A DNA stretch of 64,000 nucleotides, taken from assembly GCA_951406725.2 (NCBI GenBank), contig OX597816.1, forward strand, positions 2,976,001-3,040,000, written 5' to 3'. Made by a program: the position numbers and the translations under genes. The notes below the pieces were generated by a model that was not told the origin of the DNA, did no database searches, and saw only the letters and a list, made by a program, of their open reading frames with translations. This document shows, piece by piece, positions 12,616 through 27,299 of this stretch. Within the stretch, counting starts at the first letter, position 1. Each line of letters opens with the position of its first letter. The DNA comes from Octopus vulgaris. Lineage: Eukaryota.

Positions 12616-13399
12616 GCGCATGTATAAATACACACACGTATGTGCATGTATATATGTATCAGTGTGTGTATACAAACACGAATATATTTTCGTATTTATT
12701 TAACGTATGTATGTATGTATATGTGAGTGAGTATATATCTACCAGTCCATAATGGTTGACGGTTGTCCACAAGCTCAGCAATGGTGTTAACCATTTTCTT
12801 CTTTCAAAGAATGCAACAGAAGTATTTCGTGACAGTGACACACTAAAAGAGGCGTCCATCTGCCATCCTACCCCCCACCCCCACCCCGCGCAACCCGTAA
12901 TGATAATTAATATATTCAATGAAGCAAAATAGAGAAACTTTTATAATTATACCTGTATATACCTGTTTTTTTTTTTTTAATATTTGCCTATTTTATTATT
13001 ATTTTATTTTTTTGCTTATTTGCAATTTGTTTCGTTATAAAAGCAGCCGCTGTATGAGTAATGTGCTGTTATCTTGCTCACATCGCAGTCCGTGAGAAAA
13101 TACAATGGACAGACAGGTAAACAGACAGGTAGACAGCTCATCTCCTTTACCTGTTTGCCTGTGTGTGAGTGTACGGCTGTGCGCATGTATAGGTGTGCAC
13201 AACAGCCTAGATGTCAGTATGTGTATGCACGACCGTATGCGTGTGATTATGTGTATGTATGTCAATACGTGTGTGCGTGTGTCTATGTGTATGTGTATCT
13301 ATGTAAGTATATGTATGCAAGTATATATATATATATGTTCCTGTATACATTCATACGTGTATGCATACGCATGCTTGTGTAAATGTGTATGCATATGTG

Positions 13400-14114
<715 letters not shown>

Positions 14115-14221
14115 CGTAGTATTTTCTATATTTCTTTCTCTCTTTCTCCTCCTCCTCTGCTTCCCCCCACCTCCACCCTCTCCACCCTCGCTATCTTTGC
14201 AAGCTAAGCTAACTTACTCAC

Positions 14222-14610
14222 CTGTTCAAATTTACAGCCGGCGACTGGCAATAATATAATTGATGCATTAGTTCCGCCTAACGCTGTCTCTGTTCGGCTT
14301 TCCCTTCCCCCACCGCCGCCTCTCTCTCTCTCTCTCCTGCTGTCTGTTGCTCTATAACACCACACACACTCTCTCCCTCTCCCTTGCCCCATTTTCAACC
14401 TCTCCCCTTTCTCTCCCGTTGTACCTGCTCTCCCCTTCCGTCGCTTCTGTTGCTAATCCCTTTCTCCAACTTCGTCTTCGGGTCTCTAAGTCTAGGGTGC
14501 GACTCGTCTGCCAAAAGGGGAGCGTGGGAAGCGACCGTTTCAGTTCGGGGTTTTCTTCTTCGACGATTATGTGTGAAGGTCCTGGGAGGGTCAGTTTTGC
14601 TGGTCGTTAA
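14222..14610 (-). other. Putative non-coding first exon of an unidentified minus-strand gene
   Basis: Near-perfect donor CAG|GTGAGTAAGT at 14222/14221, at the end of a CpG-containing unique island flanked by GA-rich tracts. The upstream boundary is a guess. Confidence 0.3.
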
Positions 14611-15304
14611 CCGGTGGCCGAACACAAACAAGATGAAAGGGAAGGAGGGGTCGAGGCGGAAGGAAGGGAACAGGGAAGGGAAAAGGAAGGGAACAGGGAA
14701 GGGAGAGCGATGAAGGAGGAAAGAATACCGAGACAAAGAGAGGAAGAAGAAAAAGCAATGAAAGAAATGAAAGAGAGAAACGAAAGAAAGAAATGAATGA
14801 TTGCAGGGAAGAAGTGAGAAAGAAAGAAGCAAGAAAGAGAGGGGGAGAGAAAAGAGAGAATGAGAGAGGGGAAAAGGGGATAGAGAGAGGGAACAGATAG
14901 AAAAGGAGATGAGAGAGCGAAAGATGAAATATTGGTTTTAGATTTTGGCACAACAAGATCAGTAATTTCGGGGTTGGGGAGAAGGGGTGCGAGTCGATTA
15001 GATCGACTTCAGTGTTCAGAGACCCCGAAGGGGCGGAATTTGAACTCGGGACGTAAAGACGGGCGAAACGTCGCGAAGTATTTAACCCGGCGCCGTTACG
15101 GTTCTGCCAGCGAACCACCTTTGAGAGAAATGAAATATTGGAAGGAAAGGATGGAAGAAATAACCGGAAGGAAAATTAGAGAGAAATAATGAATGAAAGG
15201 AGGTGGGGTGGGGGGGAGGAATGAAAAAGGGAAGAAGTGATAAATAATGAACGAGTAAAAAAGAAAAAAAAAACATTTAAAAATGGGTAAAAAACATTTA
15301 AAAA

Positions 15305-15715
15305 TGGCAGGAGTGGCTGTGTGGTAAGTAGCTTGCTTACCAACCACATGGTTCCGGGTTCAGTCCCACTGCGTGGAATCATGGGCAAGTGTCTTCTACT
15401 ATAGCCTCGGGCCGACCAAAGCCTTGTGAGTGGATTTGGTTGACGGAAACTGAAAAGAAGCCTGTCGTATATATGTATATATATATCTATGCCTGTGTGT
15501 GTTTGTGTGTCTATGTTTGTCCCCCTAGCATTGCTTGACAACCAATGCTGGTTTGTTTATGCCCCCGTTACTTAGCGGTTCGGCAAAAAGAGACCGATAG
15601 AATAAGTACTGGGCTTACAAAAGAATAAGTCCCGGGGTCGATTTGCTCGATTAAAGGCGGTGCTTCAGCATGGCCGCAGTCAAATGAGTGAAACAAGTAA
15701 AAGAATAAAAAGAGA
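15305..15715 (+). mobile_element. tRNA-derived SINE family A, full length
   Basis: GGCAGGAGTGGCTGTGTGGTAAG...GGTTCAGTCCCACTGCG head, core, (TA/TG)n, tail TGAAACAAGTAAAAGAATAAAA. Confidence 0.85.
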
Positions 15716-15802
15716 GAGAGGATTTTTAAACTATTCCATCCGTAACTTTTAACAAAAAACGGTCTTTTCTGAGGTTCTGAATCTACAATATTTTTGTTTT
15801 CC

Positions 15803-16165
15803 AAGGCGGCGAGGAGCTGGCAGAATCGTTAGCACGCCGGGCGAAATGCTTAGCGGTATTTAAGTACCAGTTGCGTACTGGGGTCGATCTAATCGACTGG
15901 TCCCCTCCCCAAAAATTTCGGGCCTTATGCCTAGAGTAGAAAAGAATTATTTGTGATAAGGCAGCGAGCTGGCAGAACCGTTAGCACGCCGGTAGAAATG
16001 CATAGCCGTATTTTGTCTACCTTTACGTTCTGAGTTCAAATTCCGCCGACGTCGACTTTGCATTTCATCCTTTCGGATGTACCAATTGCGTACTGGGGTC
16101 GATGTAATCGACTGGTCCCCTCCCCAAAATTTCGGGCCTTGTGTCTAGAGTAGAAAAGAATATTT
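15803..16165 (+). mobile_element. Two copies of tRNA-derived SINE family B
   Basis: Head AAGGCGGCGAGCTGGCAGAATCGTTAGC, B box GAGTTCAAATTCC, tail GCCTAGAGTAGAAAAGAATTATT. Many other copies, e.g. near 18088, 18295, 20543, 26310, 27981, 47048, 58010-58410 (-), 61724 and 63829. Confidence 0.85.
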
Positions 16166-17599
16166 TTTGTTTTCCATTTAAGAAAAAAAAATGTATTTAT
16201 AAAAAATTATTATACTTTAGAAAGGTATTTCGCTTCAATTTGTTAATAGCTTACTAATTATATAATTAACTAACGAATTGTTTGGCGGTTTTTTTTTTTG
16301 CCTTTTTTCAAACAGTACTTCTTTATTGTATATAAACATATTTTGTCTCTGGCATGTCAGCATTTGGCATTTATATAAATATATTTCAGTTGCAAAGCAT
16401 TTGTTCCTTTCGGTAAAGTTTATATGCCAGCGTAACATGGCGGTCGTCGTATAAAGGACGAAGTTACTGTTGTTTTAGCCCCGGGAAAACCTCTTTTTCA
16501 CCTGGCTACCGACACACTGTTTGTTTCCGTATACAACATTTCTTACTTTGTTGTGTGAACATTTAAAATGACTTTAGTTTCACTTTTATCAATTTCTGGC
16601 ATGCGCTTAAAACGTCGCATTTAAGAGGGGCTGTAGTCAATTATATCGACCCTAGTATTTGACAGGTATCTGGTTTTATCTACCTCGGCAGAATTTCTAT
16701 ACCAGAAGGTTAAAAAAAATGAAAACAAGGTACGTAGCTAAATGATGCATAATATGTATTTATAGTTAAAATTCCATCTTTAAAAGTTGTATTTGTTAAG
16801 AAATTATTATACCTTGGGAGTCATTTTGCTAATAAAACTACACGCGCTGGTTATACTTCACTTCCTTTTGCTAATACTTAACTAATTATCTAATCAATTG
16901 TTTGGCATTTTTCTTTTTGTCTTTTTTGTTTGTTTTTAGGAAGTTCTTGTTTCAGTTTCACTTTTTTAGGAATGGAATTTTAATTATAAATATATGTAAT
17001 TCTTTTCTGGAAAAAGTTAATTCAATTCGAAGCAAAAACAAAATTACATTTATATACACTTCAACTGCAAGTATACACACACACACACACACACACACAC
17101 ATTCTGCAGCATGTACTCGAAAAGTACACACGCCCTTTATACAGGTATCGTTTCTTTTTTTCTTTTGTTTTTTTCTTGGTTCTTTTTTCTTCTTGTTTAT
17201 TTCTTTCTTACACTTTAATGAAGGATTCACTCGAAACGTTAAACTGCTTCTTTTCTTTTCCGTTTTCTTTCTTTCGGAACACAATTCACTGTGCACAAGA
17301 TTTTTTGGTACCTTAAATGTGGGTTTCCATTTTGCCCATCATCTTTCGAATTTCTATCTACTTGTTGTAACCTCTCATACTGTCCAACTGTTCGTCTTTT
17401 AGTCCCCTCGTTACCTGGTTAATTTTTGTTCCTGTGCATCTCTACTCTCCAAAATATCCAAACACAAATCCAGAGACTGCATCTTATTTATTATTAAATA
17501 CTAAAAAAAAAAAAATTCGGAGGCGGGGTTTGAAGAAAATCTTAAGCCAGTATTTCCTTACCATTTTTGATCTGTGGAACCCCTTCGATTCCTCTGCTG

Positions 17600-17994
17600 G
17601 AACATGGTGATCTCCTATCAAGATAAACTGCACATGACCATTCAGGTGAGGCCCAGTTAGAATTTTTTCTAGGTTGAGTAAGCCTTCCTGCTCAAAAGGT
17701 TCCTGAATAAGAGTTTTTAAGGGTTGTTGAACGAAACATCCATGTTTCCAGAGGCGAATTATTCAAACCTCTAAGAATTCCTCTCAACACATGGCTATGA
17801 TGCTCCCCCACTAAGGGACATGCTCAACTGGTTAAGGTCAAACAACTGACAAGCAAATCTGTGGTATTGAGCAGAATATTTGCTGTTAGCCCATCTTTTA
17901 TACCAAGACAAAACAATGTACATAATAACACTTCCAATCAGTTAAGATCAGAAACCATGAGAGCCACTGCCTGGTACTGCATCAGGGCATGGTA

Positions 17995-17997
<3 letters not shown>
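17600..17997 (-). mobile_element. TAA-repeat-associated interspersed element (copy 1)
   Basis: Homologous to 59105-59410; abuts a long (TTA)n array. Strand inferred. Confidence 0.7.
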
Positions 17998-18072
<75 letters not shown>

Positions 18073-18516
18073 TATTATTATTATTATTAAGGCGGTGAGC
18101 TGGCAAAATCGGTAGCACGTCGGGCCAATTGCTTAACAGTGTTTCGACTGTCTTTACATTCTGAGTTCAAACTCCACCGAGGTTGAATTTGCCTTTCATT
18201 CTTTCGGGGTGAAATAATGGGGTCAATGTAATCGACGAGTTTCCTCCCACCAAATTTCAGGTCTTGTGCTTACGGTAGAAAGGATTGTTATTTAGGTGGC
18301 GAACTGGCAGAATCGTTAGCACGCCGGACGAAATGCTTAGCGCTTTTTCGCCCGTCGCTACGTTCTGAGTTCAAATTCCGCCGAGGTCGACTTTGCCTTT
18401 CATCCTTTCGAGGTCAATAAATTAAGTACCAGTTACGCACTGGGGTCGATGTAATCGATTATCCCTTTCCCCCAAATTTCAGGCCTTGCGCCTATTATTA
18501 TTATTATTATTATTAC

Positions 18517-18558
<42 letters not shown>

Positions 18559-18559
<1 letters not shown>

Positions 18560-20183
18560 CAAGGCGAAGAGTGCGATGCAACTGCAATAGACATTTTATT
18601 GGTTGAACTATATTTCAACAGAAAGCCTGTCTTTGTCGAGTTCAAAATAAAAAGTGATAAAAATTCAAAATTATAGAAATTCAAATCTAAAATATGAACG
18701 AGAGCAACCAGCGTCCACGCGTTGGTGGAATGACATCATCAGTATATAAATTTCAATTTCATAACTGGCGAAAAGAAAAAGACTGAAGAAAAAAAAAAGG
18801 AAAGTAAAAAGAATATTTAATCCAACAATTTTGTGTAAATTTGATGAAATTCTCCTGTCATTTTATTCCTTCCTTCATGCCGTGATGTTAATAACCCGCA
18901 AACATATTTCTCTTCATGCATTTTTAGTATTGAAAGTGTAGCAGATTCAGAATATTCCCCGAGAATAATCATTTTCAAGTCTTTTTCAAAATTGCAGCCG
19001 TTTGAGGCAAAATATTCGGCAAGTTCTGTTGAATTACTGCTATTGTGCCTGACATCATATATATGCCCATTAAATATGTTGTCAAATCGTTCTGTTGTAC
19101 AACCAACACAAGTTGTGTTTCGTGCATTCAGCTGCGTACACCAAATGGGAATCTACATATTCCCACCTTCTGTATAAATCATAACATTTCTGTTATGATT
19201 CCTGATGGAATTCACTTGACTCATGTTGTAGCACGATGAACAGCGCTTACCTCTTTTGCGGTTGTTCTTCAAGGTACAACGTGCAGATACTCCAATGTTA
19301 GTTTTCTTGGAGTCAGAAGTAGAGGTTAATAGTTCTCTTGTACTTTTATCCTGTCTAAAAGCTACAATAGGCGGCTGAGGAAATATCCGTTTGAAACGAG
19401 GATATTTCTCCGCAACATCCCGGTAACTTTTATACAACACTTTTGAAATGCCAACGGAATTTCAAAAGTGCTCGCTGTACCTTGAGAAACAGCCGCAAGA
19501 GAGGTAAGCCCTGTTCATTGTGCAACAACACGAGTCAAGTGAATTCCATCAGGAATCATAACAGAAATGTTATGATTTATACAGAAGGTGGGACATGTAG
19601 AGGTTCCCATTTGGTGTACACTGCAGAATGCACAAAGCACAACTTGATTTATGTTTGTTGTACCACAGAACAATAAAGCAAAAGGTTTAATGGGCACAAA
19701 TTCAATGTCAGGCACAATAGCAGTAGTTCGACAGAACTTGCTGAACATTTTGCCTCAAACGGCTGCGTTTTGAAAAAGACTTGAAAATGCATATTCTCAG
19801 AATATATTTTGAATCTGCTACACTTTCAATACTAAAAATGCATGAGAAATGCAGGTTATTAACATCATGCCCTGGGGGAATGAATGAGGATTTCATCAAA
19901 TTTACACAAAACTGTTTCATTAAATATTCTTTTTCTTTCCTTTTTCTCACCTTTTTCTTTCTTTTTCTTTTCGCCAGTTATGAAATTGAAACTTAAACAC
20001 TGATGATGTCATTCCATCAACGTGTGGATGCTGGTTGCTCTCGTTCATATTTTAGATTTGAATTTCTATAATTTTGAGTTTTTATCACTTTTTATTTTGA
20101 ACTCGACAAATACAGGCTTTCTGTCGAAATATCGTTCAACCAATAAAATGTCTATTGCAGTCGCATCGCCATCTTCCTCTTGT
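18559..20183. mobile_element. Penelope-like element 3' portion (linker plus GIY-YIG) as a 1.6-kb fold-back inverted duplication
   Basis: 18559-19287 is the reverse complement of about 19469-20183. Translation gives FPQPPIVAFRQDK..RELL...C..C...TC...HLVYTAECTKHNLIYVCCTTEQ..KRFNGHK...ELAEHF, a decayed PLE GIY-YIG. Confidence 0.85.
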
Positions 20184-21379
20184 CTGTTTGCTTTTGTGAA
20201 GAGTTACGTCAATCCTTTTAAAATATTATCATTATGTGAGGACACATGGCCGAGTGGTGTTGCACTCAGGATCACGAGGTCATGGTTTCAATTCCTAGAC
20301 CGGGTGGTGCGTTGTGTTCTGCAGCAAAACACTTCATCTCGCGTTGCTCTGCGATCACTTTGACACCTAACACGTGGTAGACTTGTGCAACTATTCAGAC
20401 AACGTTGATTTGATGGAGAGAGTATGATAATGGATGGCACGAACATTTGACCACTAGAAACAAATCATTCGAACAGGTCGTTCGGCAAAGGCTGAACGCT
20501 CATACGTCGTCGTCGACGGGAGACTCCATCATTGTTATTATAAGGCGGAGAATCGGCAGAATCGTTAGCACGCCGGACGAAATGCTTAGTGGCATTTCGT
20601 CCGTCTTCACGTTCTAAGTACAAATTCCGTCTGGGTCGACTTTGCCTTTCATCCATTCGGAGTTGATAAATTAAGTACCAGTGAAATACTGGGGTCGTTG
20701 TAATCGACTAACTCCACCACCAATTTCAGGCCTTGTGCCTTTAGTAGAAAGGATTATTATTATCATAGAAACGATGTGTTTTCAATTGCGAGAAAAGTGA
20801 TTCAATAAAATAAGTACCAGTTATATAATGGGGTCGAGTTCATATAATCGATTGGAACAATCGAGTAAACGTTTGGCCTTTACATCAGTGTTGGAAATAA
20901 TTACGCGGGTGGTGATGATGATGATGATGATGATGGCGGTTTGTGTAGGTGTTTGGTGGCTGATAACAATTACGGAGAAAACCTTAAATACTTGTACAGC
21001 CTGTAGTACCTATTTTACTCTTTTACTTGTTTAAGTCATTGGACTGCGGCCTTGCTGGGGCATGGGAACCTATGCATTGTTTCTTTGGTTTTTGTTAGTT
21101 TCTCAAAACTTACTTGAATAAACTGAACAGTCCATATTGTTTTTTAAGCCACAGACACACACACACACACACACACGTGCGCGCGTAGGACGGACATCCG
21201 TACAGTTTTCATTTTCCAAATTTCACTCACAAGGCATTAGTCTGCCTTGTTCAAGGTATTACGAAGAGGGACTATAAGCTTCATTATTTTAGGGGACACA
21301 CACATCTGTAATGGTTTAACATCTGTTCATCAACTAGTGCTTGTTCGTGTATCGTTTGAATCTAGAAGTGAGAGAAAAG

Positions 21380-22260
21380 CAATTTAGAGGGCTAGAAACG
21401 GATGACAATTCAAGATTATCCAGTCTGAAGGGGTTTATGGATGGTGTAATGGTTATAACGTTATGAAACCAGAGAACAGTGGACTCCGCTCGGTGGAAAA
21501 GATTGTCTTATGGTCACATATGAAATTCAATACAGGAAAATCTCGGAGCCCAACAATCCTGAAAAGTGCTGACGGATACCCTGCGGCACTAGGAGAAGGC
21601 CGGATAGAACTGGAAGCACAGCAAGGTTCTTATAGAAATTACCAGATGGACGTAAAGTTGGAGCCAACAAACAACAGCCATTGCCACCCAAAAGTATCAG
21701 ATTCCAAGTATTTTGAGGCGAAAGCAAATGTGAGCGATACTATTTTCTATATTTGCACCAAGCCTCAGACTAGGGGACATCGCTTCGATTAGACATGTTT
21801 CTTCTATCCAGGAGCGCAAAACAATCATTGTGGCTGAACTCACGGTGCCCTGGAAAGACAAAGTTGACCTTTCTCACCAAACGAAATAAACAAAAAGCAA
21901 AGATCAAAAATTGGTTAACGAAGTTCTTGCCTTAGGATGAAATGGGATCTCATTCCCGATTGAAGTCGGCCACCAAGAATTTTCAGAAAGACTTTTGGCC
22001 TTCTTTTTTTTTTTCTTTTCCTGTTGAAGATTAGTCTTTGAACTCAAACAACTAAAGAGAACCACCAAGGAGCTAGAAATGGCAGCTCATAACCAGCTCA
22101 AGGTGGATCTTGTTGACAAGAGACCACAAATGGAATCCTTCAGTAAGTGAAGCTCAATTCAATCCTTGTTACCTCATTCGAGCGAAACGCTTGTGACCCT
22201 GAGCTACCTGCTGGGGATACGGAAGGGGTTTCTACCTTATGATACCATTAATCCCCATCA
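21380..22260 (+). mobile_element. Degenerate RLE non-LTR retrotransposon fragment (HERO/NeSL-like)
   Basis: MKFNTGKSRS (RT end) and, after deletions, IIVAELTVPWKD...FPIEVG, the restriction-like endonuclease motifs. Confidence 0.6.
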
Positions 22261-24949
22261 AGAGAATTGCTTGCAAGTAATTCCTACAGTTACTGTGTTG
22301 AGCAAAGCGTTTCATGTTTATTCCACACAGATTCCACGAGTTCATGGATCGATAACGTACAGAAACACGATTGCTTGAAATGTTCGGCTTCTTACAAGAA
22401 TGTCTCACCAAAAGCAAAAACCATTATTGAATCGGCATTAAATGATCGATCACTGTTAAATATCGAATCATCTAAGGAAATGAAGGAACCACCAAAATAA
22501 AACCATTAACCGTTTCGAATTACGGAATATGCTTCACACAGCCTGGCAGCAGCATTTCACCGGGACTGCATCTGTTCAAATAGTTTAAGGCTATATGCAG
22601 AATGTTATTGTTCCCTCTTTGTGTTTGTATGGGGGTTCTCTTTGGCACAAATCCACAAAAACGTTCGCTTTCTCTCAGCCTTTCAAAATAATGACTTCAA
22701 ACTTGGCAGAATACCAGTAAGTTCAGGGGAGGGGGGTTAAATCGATTAGATCGACCCCAGTGATCAATTGGTGTTTATTTTACCGACCTCAAAAGGATGA
22801 AGAGTAAAGTAGACCTCGGCGGAATTTGAACTCAGAACACAAATCACAAATGAAATGCCGCAAAGCATTTTGTCCGGCGCGCTTCCGACTCTGCCAGCTC
22901 GACGCCTTTAAGCTGGCATTCACACTCGTTTCAACTTTTGGCACAAGGCCAGCAATTTTAGGGAACGGGGTTAGTCACCTGCATCGATCCCTGTACTCAA
23001 CCGGTATTTTATCGACTCCGAAGAGATAGAAGGCAAAGCTGATCCCGGCGACATTTGAACTCAGAACGTAAAGGCCGACGAAATGCCGCTAAGCATTTTG
23101 CCTGGCGTGCTACCGAGTCTGCCAGCTCGACGCTTTTCGGCTTTTTGCTTCTAAAGACATTTGCATCAAAACCATTCCACATATTCATTTAATGGTATTT
23201 GGTACAAATTGTTGAGCACCAGACTAGGTTTCTTACAAACGTCAAGTCTATCGTCCTACCTTGTAAGAGTTCATAGCGAACTGTGACGTTGACTTTACCT
23301 TTTTAGGACCCAGGAGCTCACTTTGTTACAACTCGTACCCTGCTTTCGCTAATTGTTCTGGGTGCCTCTGTAGTGACGAGCAGACACGGACACCCTCTTG
23401 ACTCTCCCACCCTTTGAGCCAACGGAACGTTCAAGACATGACAGCTGAAGACGAGTACAAAGAGTTGTGGTAATACTCGGACGTACTCATTTTCAGACAG
23501 AGTACACTGGAGCAATGAAGTAACTTGTTCAACAATACTACGTGCACTCCGGTCCAGGAATCGAACCCTCGACGTTCTGATTGTGAGCCAAACAGCTTAA
23601 CCATTATGCTAAATATCTTTGCGGTCGTTTCAGTTATCTCCTAGCCCTTCGCACCAATATCTTTAAGTGGCTGCAACTGGAAATCGAAACCGGTTTCCGT
23701 CGGCTTGGTTTCAGCTAGAAACTTTAACTCTACCACGTTTTTTTTCTTCTTTTTTACACTGCTGCCCAAAATTAAAGAACAAAAGACTGAAAAAAACAAA
23801 AAACAATAACATATACAAAAGCAAGTGGGACTGCTTCGATAAATCGATAATTGGGTTGATAATCAATCGATTTGACAACCAAAATCATGTTTCTTTTAAA
23901 AGAAAATAACAAAATAACTGTCAGCCTTTGCCATTTTCTGGATCTCCGCTGCAAGAATTACGATGCCATCGATAATAACAACAACCACAACGACAATGAC
24001 AGAGGTCAGAAAAGTATTGTAAGAATCCATTGTACTTTGAAATCATTAGGTAAGCAATTATTATATTAATTTAATCGTAGTTTGTGGCTTTTTTAGGGTA
24101 ATTTTATTTTCACAACAGCTGGAATCTTTTGTTGCTGAAGAAATACAATGGCCTCAGGTGAATACGTCTTAACAATTCGAACCCCCCATGTCACTTCTGT
24201 AAAATATCGGGAAATGCAACAGCTGTAACAAGTCAATGTGTGGCGTTAAGAGAGAAAAGACTCTACTGTGGAAACGTAGTACTTAACTAGTTCCCATGCG
24301 AGAAGACTCGTTGTTGAATGGACTACAAACACACACACACAAACACACAGACACACACATTGTCTGTGTGTGTGTTTGAAACCTGCTAATGTGCATTGAA
24401 ATACTCCTTTCTGTGTGCTATGATATTTGAAGAGAGCGTGAAAAAAAGAAAAAGTATGACAAGAAGGGATTGTGCAATGAAGCGGAACAATACGCTTGAA
24501 TGAACCAACCTTCTAACAAGCAAACATTTGCTGAGATAATCTATTTATATTTATGTACATATAACTTTTTCTTTTCCCCCCTCGGAAGTCAATCATGAAC
24601 AACGGGAGCGAGCGAGCGGGGGAGGCGCGGTGAGGCGGCTTTTCATCGTGTTGAACACCTTGTAGGAATTCTCACGCGTCGATTATGCATTGCAATGAAA
24701 ACACAAATCCTGCCCCGGCGATACTAACGACCAATTCTCATATATTATTATTTACCAGGAACAATTGTTGCAAGAAAAATTAAACGACAATACTTTTTTT
24801 CGTTTTTATATCCCAATCCACACCTAACGCGGCCAACCTCCTTTCTTAACCGCAACTCCTTCGCTAAGCAGATTTTCACCAGCTTCTTGACTCCGCTTCA
24901 ATCAAGAGAGCCCAGCCAACAACACTCCTATGTCTCTAAAGTTAACACT

Positions 24950-25388
24950 ATTCTTCCCCACCTGTTTTCTCCATTCTCTTCGTACAAAACAACAAACAGG
25001 ATATCTCTCTTCTTTACCACGATGAGCACCTTTTCAAACTCCACCTGTCTAACACCCGTGGACATGTTTACAAAGTCAGAAAACAGCTCAACCCCCATGA
25101 CTTTCGGAAACATTTTTTCACGCTTAGAGTTGCTGAAGCATGGAACAAACTGCCGGCATCAGTTGTTAGTTGTCGGAGCACTGCATCCTTCAAAACTTCC
25201 ATGCTTCCTGAGATTCGCCAACACTACACCTGATTTTCTCCCCTCCATACACACACAAGCATCTATCTGACTCATACACTGTTAATTTCCCAGACATTTG
25301 TACATTACTGCATATACTTTATACGAACTTTTGACAAGTTGTGGTGCTTCTGAGCACTGTATACAATAATTTCATTATTATTATTATA
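24950..25388 (+). mobile_element. CR1/L2-group LINE 3' end
   Basis: FRKHFFTLRVAEAWNKLPASVV....SFKTSML C-terminal motif, then a 3' UTR ending in (ATT)n. Confidence 0.75.
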
Positions 25389-27018
25389 TGAATCCATTTG
25401 TTAAAAACCGACAAATTCTTTGATTTCTTTCTACCACTTCCCTTCTGGTAGCTGACTTCCAAGATATCATTCTCCAATGAGCTGACTCTGAATTCCAATG
25501 ATTCTTAAACCATTCCCCGTCTCAAGCTGTCACAGGAATCCTGCAGCCACGCACCTCATTCGCTACACAATTAGGGGATGGAGTACGCTTTCATTCTCCG
25601 TTATTCTTATCCCTTCGAAGTTTCTATAGAAGGATAATGACGAACGATGCAGCCTGAAGGCCTGGAGACCTCACGGGCCTAATTCTACTCTATATATGAA
25701 GTGGCTTGTTGTCAAAGAATACTATAGGGCCCCGTGGTAAGGAGGCTTTTTTACTGCTAAAACAGCCTCCTCGCGAACCAAATTCTAACCCGGTTACCAA
25801 AGAATGACGCGTGTAGACCACTCTTTCACCTTTCACCTTTTAGTGAGTGATGGTAGTGGATCTCCGTCGGTTTCGACGATTAACATGCTGTCGTTCGATC
25901 AATTGGATTACTCGCTCCCGAATTAATGTACAAGTGGCTGAGTATTCCGCATACACTTGTGTCCTTAACGTAATTCTCGGGCAGAATCAGCGTGAGACCA
26001 AGCCATACCGTTTGAACAACAGGCACAATTCACCTGACAGGATTCTTTACAGTTTCCATCGACCCAGTTTCACTCACAAGGAATAGATATACCCGAAATT
26101 AAAGAAAACGACATTCGCCCAAGATACCAAAGCAACGGGATTGAATCCAGGACCATGCGGCTGCAAAATAAACTTTCTAACCCTGCAGCCATATTGCGCC
26201 AACCCCAGTGAGTAGAGGTGATAGAAAACCACATTCACCTTTTTAGTTGATTCATAAACAATCGATAAAATGCTGATTAGATCGAAGTTGTTCCAATATC
26301 TAGAAAACTCAGAATCGTTAGCACGCCGGGCGAAATGCTTGGCGGTATTTCGTCTGCCGCTATGTTCTGAGTTCAAATTCCACCGAGGTCGACTTTGCCT
26401 TTCATCCTTTCGGGGTCGATTAAATAAGTACCAGTTACGCACTGGAGTGGATATAATCGACTTAATCCGTTTGTCTGTCCTCTCTGTGTTTAGCCCCTTG
26501 TGGGTAGTAAAGAAATAAATATTTCGTCTGCCGTTACGTTCTGAATTCAAATTCCGCCGAAGTCGACTTTGCCTTTCATTCTTTTGGGGGTCGATAAATT
26601 AAGTACCAGTTTCGCACTGGGGTTGGTCTAATCGATTCTAGCCCCTGCTCCTCCAAAATTTCAGGCCTTGTGCCTAGAGTAGAAAAGAATATCCAGAAAA
26701 CTCAATTTCATCGACCTTGGCATATTACCGGTACTTAAAGACTTTTTTTCCCAGTGGGATGAAAGACAAAATTTACTCCCCCGGGGGCTTGAACTCAAAA
26801 AGGTAGGATATAGAGCAAAACATTTAATTTGCGCTTTTGACTATTTAACCTTGTTTTTACATTCTTAATCCAGGGCTTCTTCAATGCGTTCGTTCCCCTT
26901 TCACTGTACTCCGAATGTACTTTTTTGACTTTCATTGCATTCTTTCTCTCTCCCCTTTTACTCTCGTCCAACAAATTGTAGTCCGAGTATTGTATATTAT
27001 AAGCTCATCAACAACATC

Positions 27019-27077
<59 letters not shown>

Positions 27078-27299
27078 TTTTTTTTTCTTCTTTCAAATTT
27101 GCGTCCATTTCTTGCCGAGTGTCTTCCCGACTCCTAGGGCAAAGAAACTCATAGTATACATTGGTAGGCCATTAAACCAAACTCAGTAGTTCGTTCATTT
27201 AAAAAAAATTTTTTTTTTTTTAAAGTTAAATTAAAATACATGAGTAGCAACAGTTCTCACATCGACAATGCTCTTCTCAATATTATTATTATTATTATT

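Noticed and set aside
19998-20045. CTGATGA in the Penelope arms as a hammerhead
   Set aside because: No stem II-GAAA or NUH arrangement follows in either arm.
22260-22620. Short ORFs in unique-looking sequence (also 59560-60370 and 63560-63800)
   Set aside because: No recognisable motif or splice signals. Probably very old LINE debris that I could not classify.
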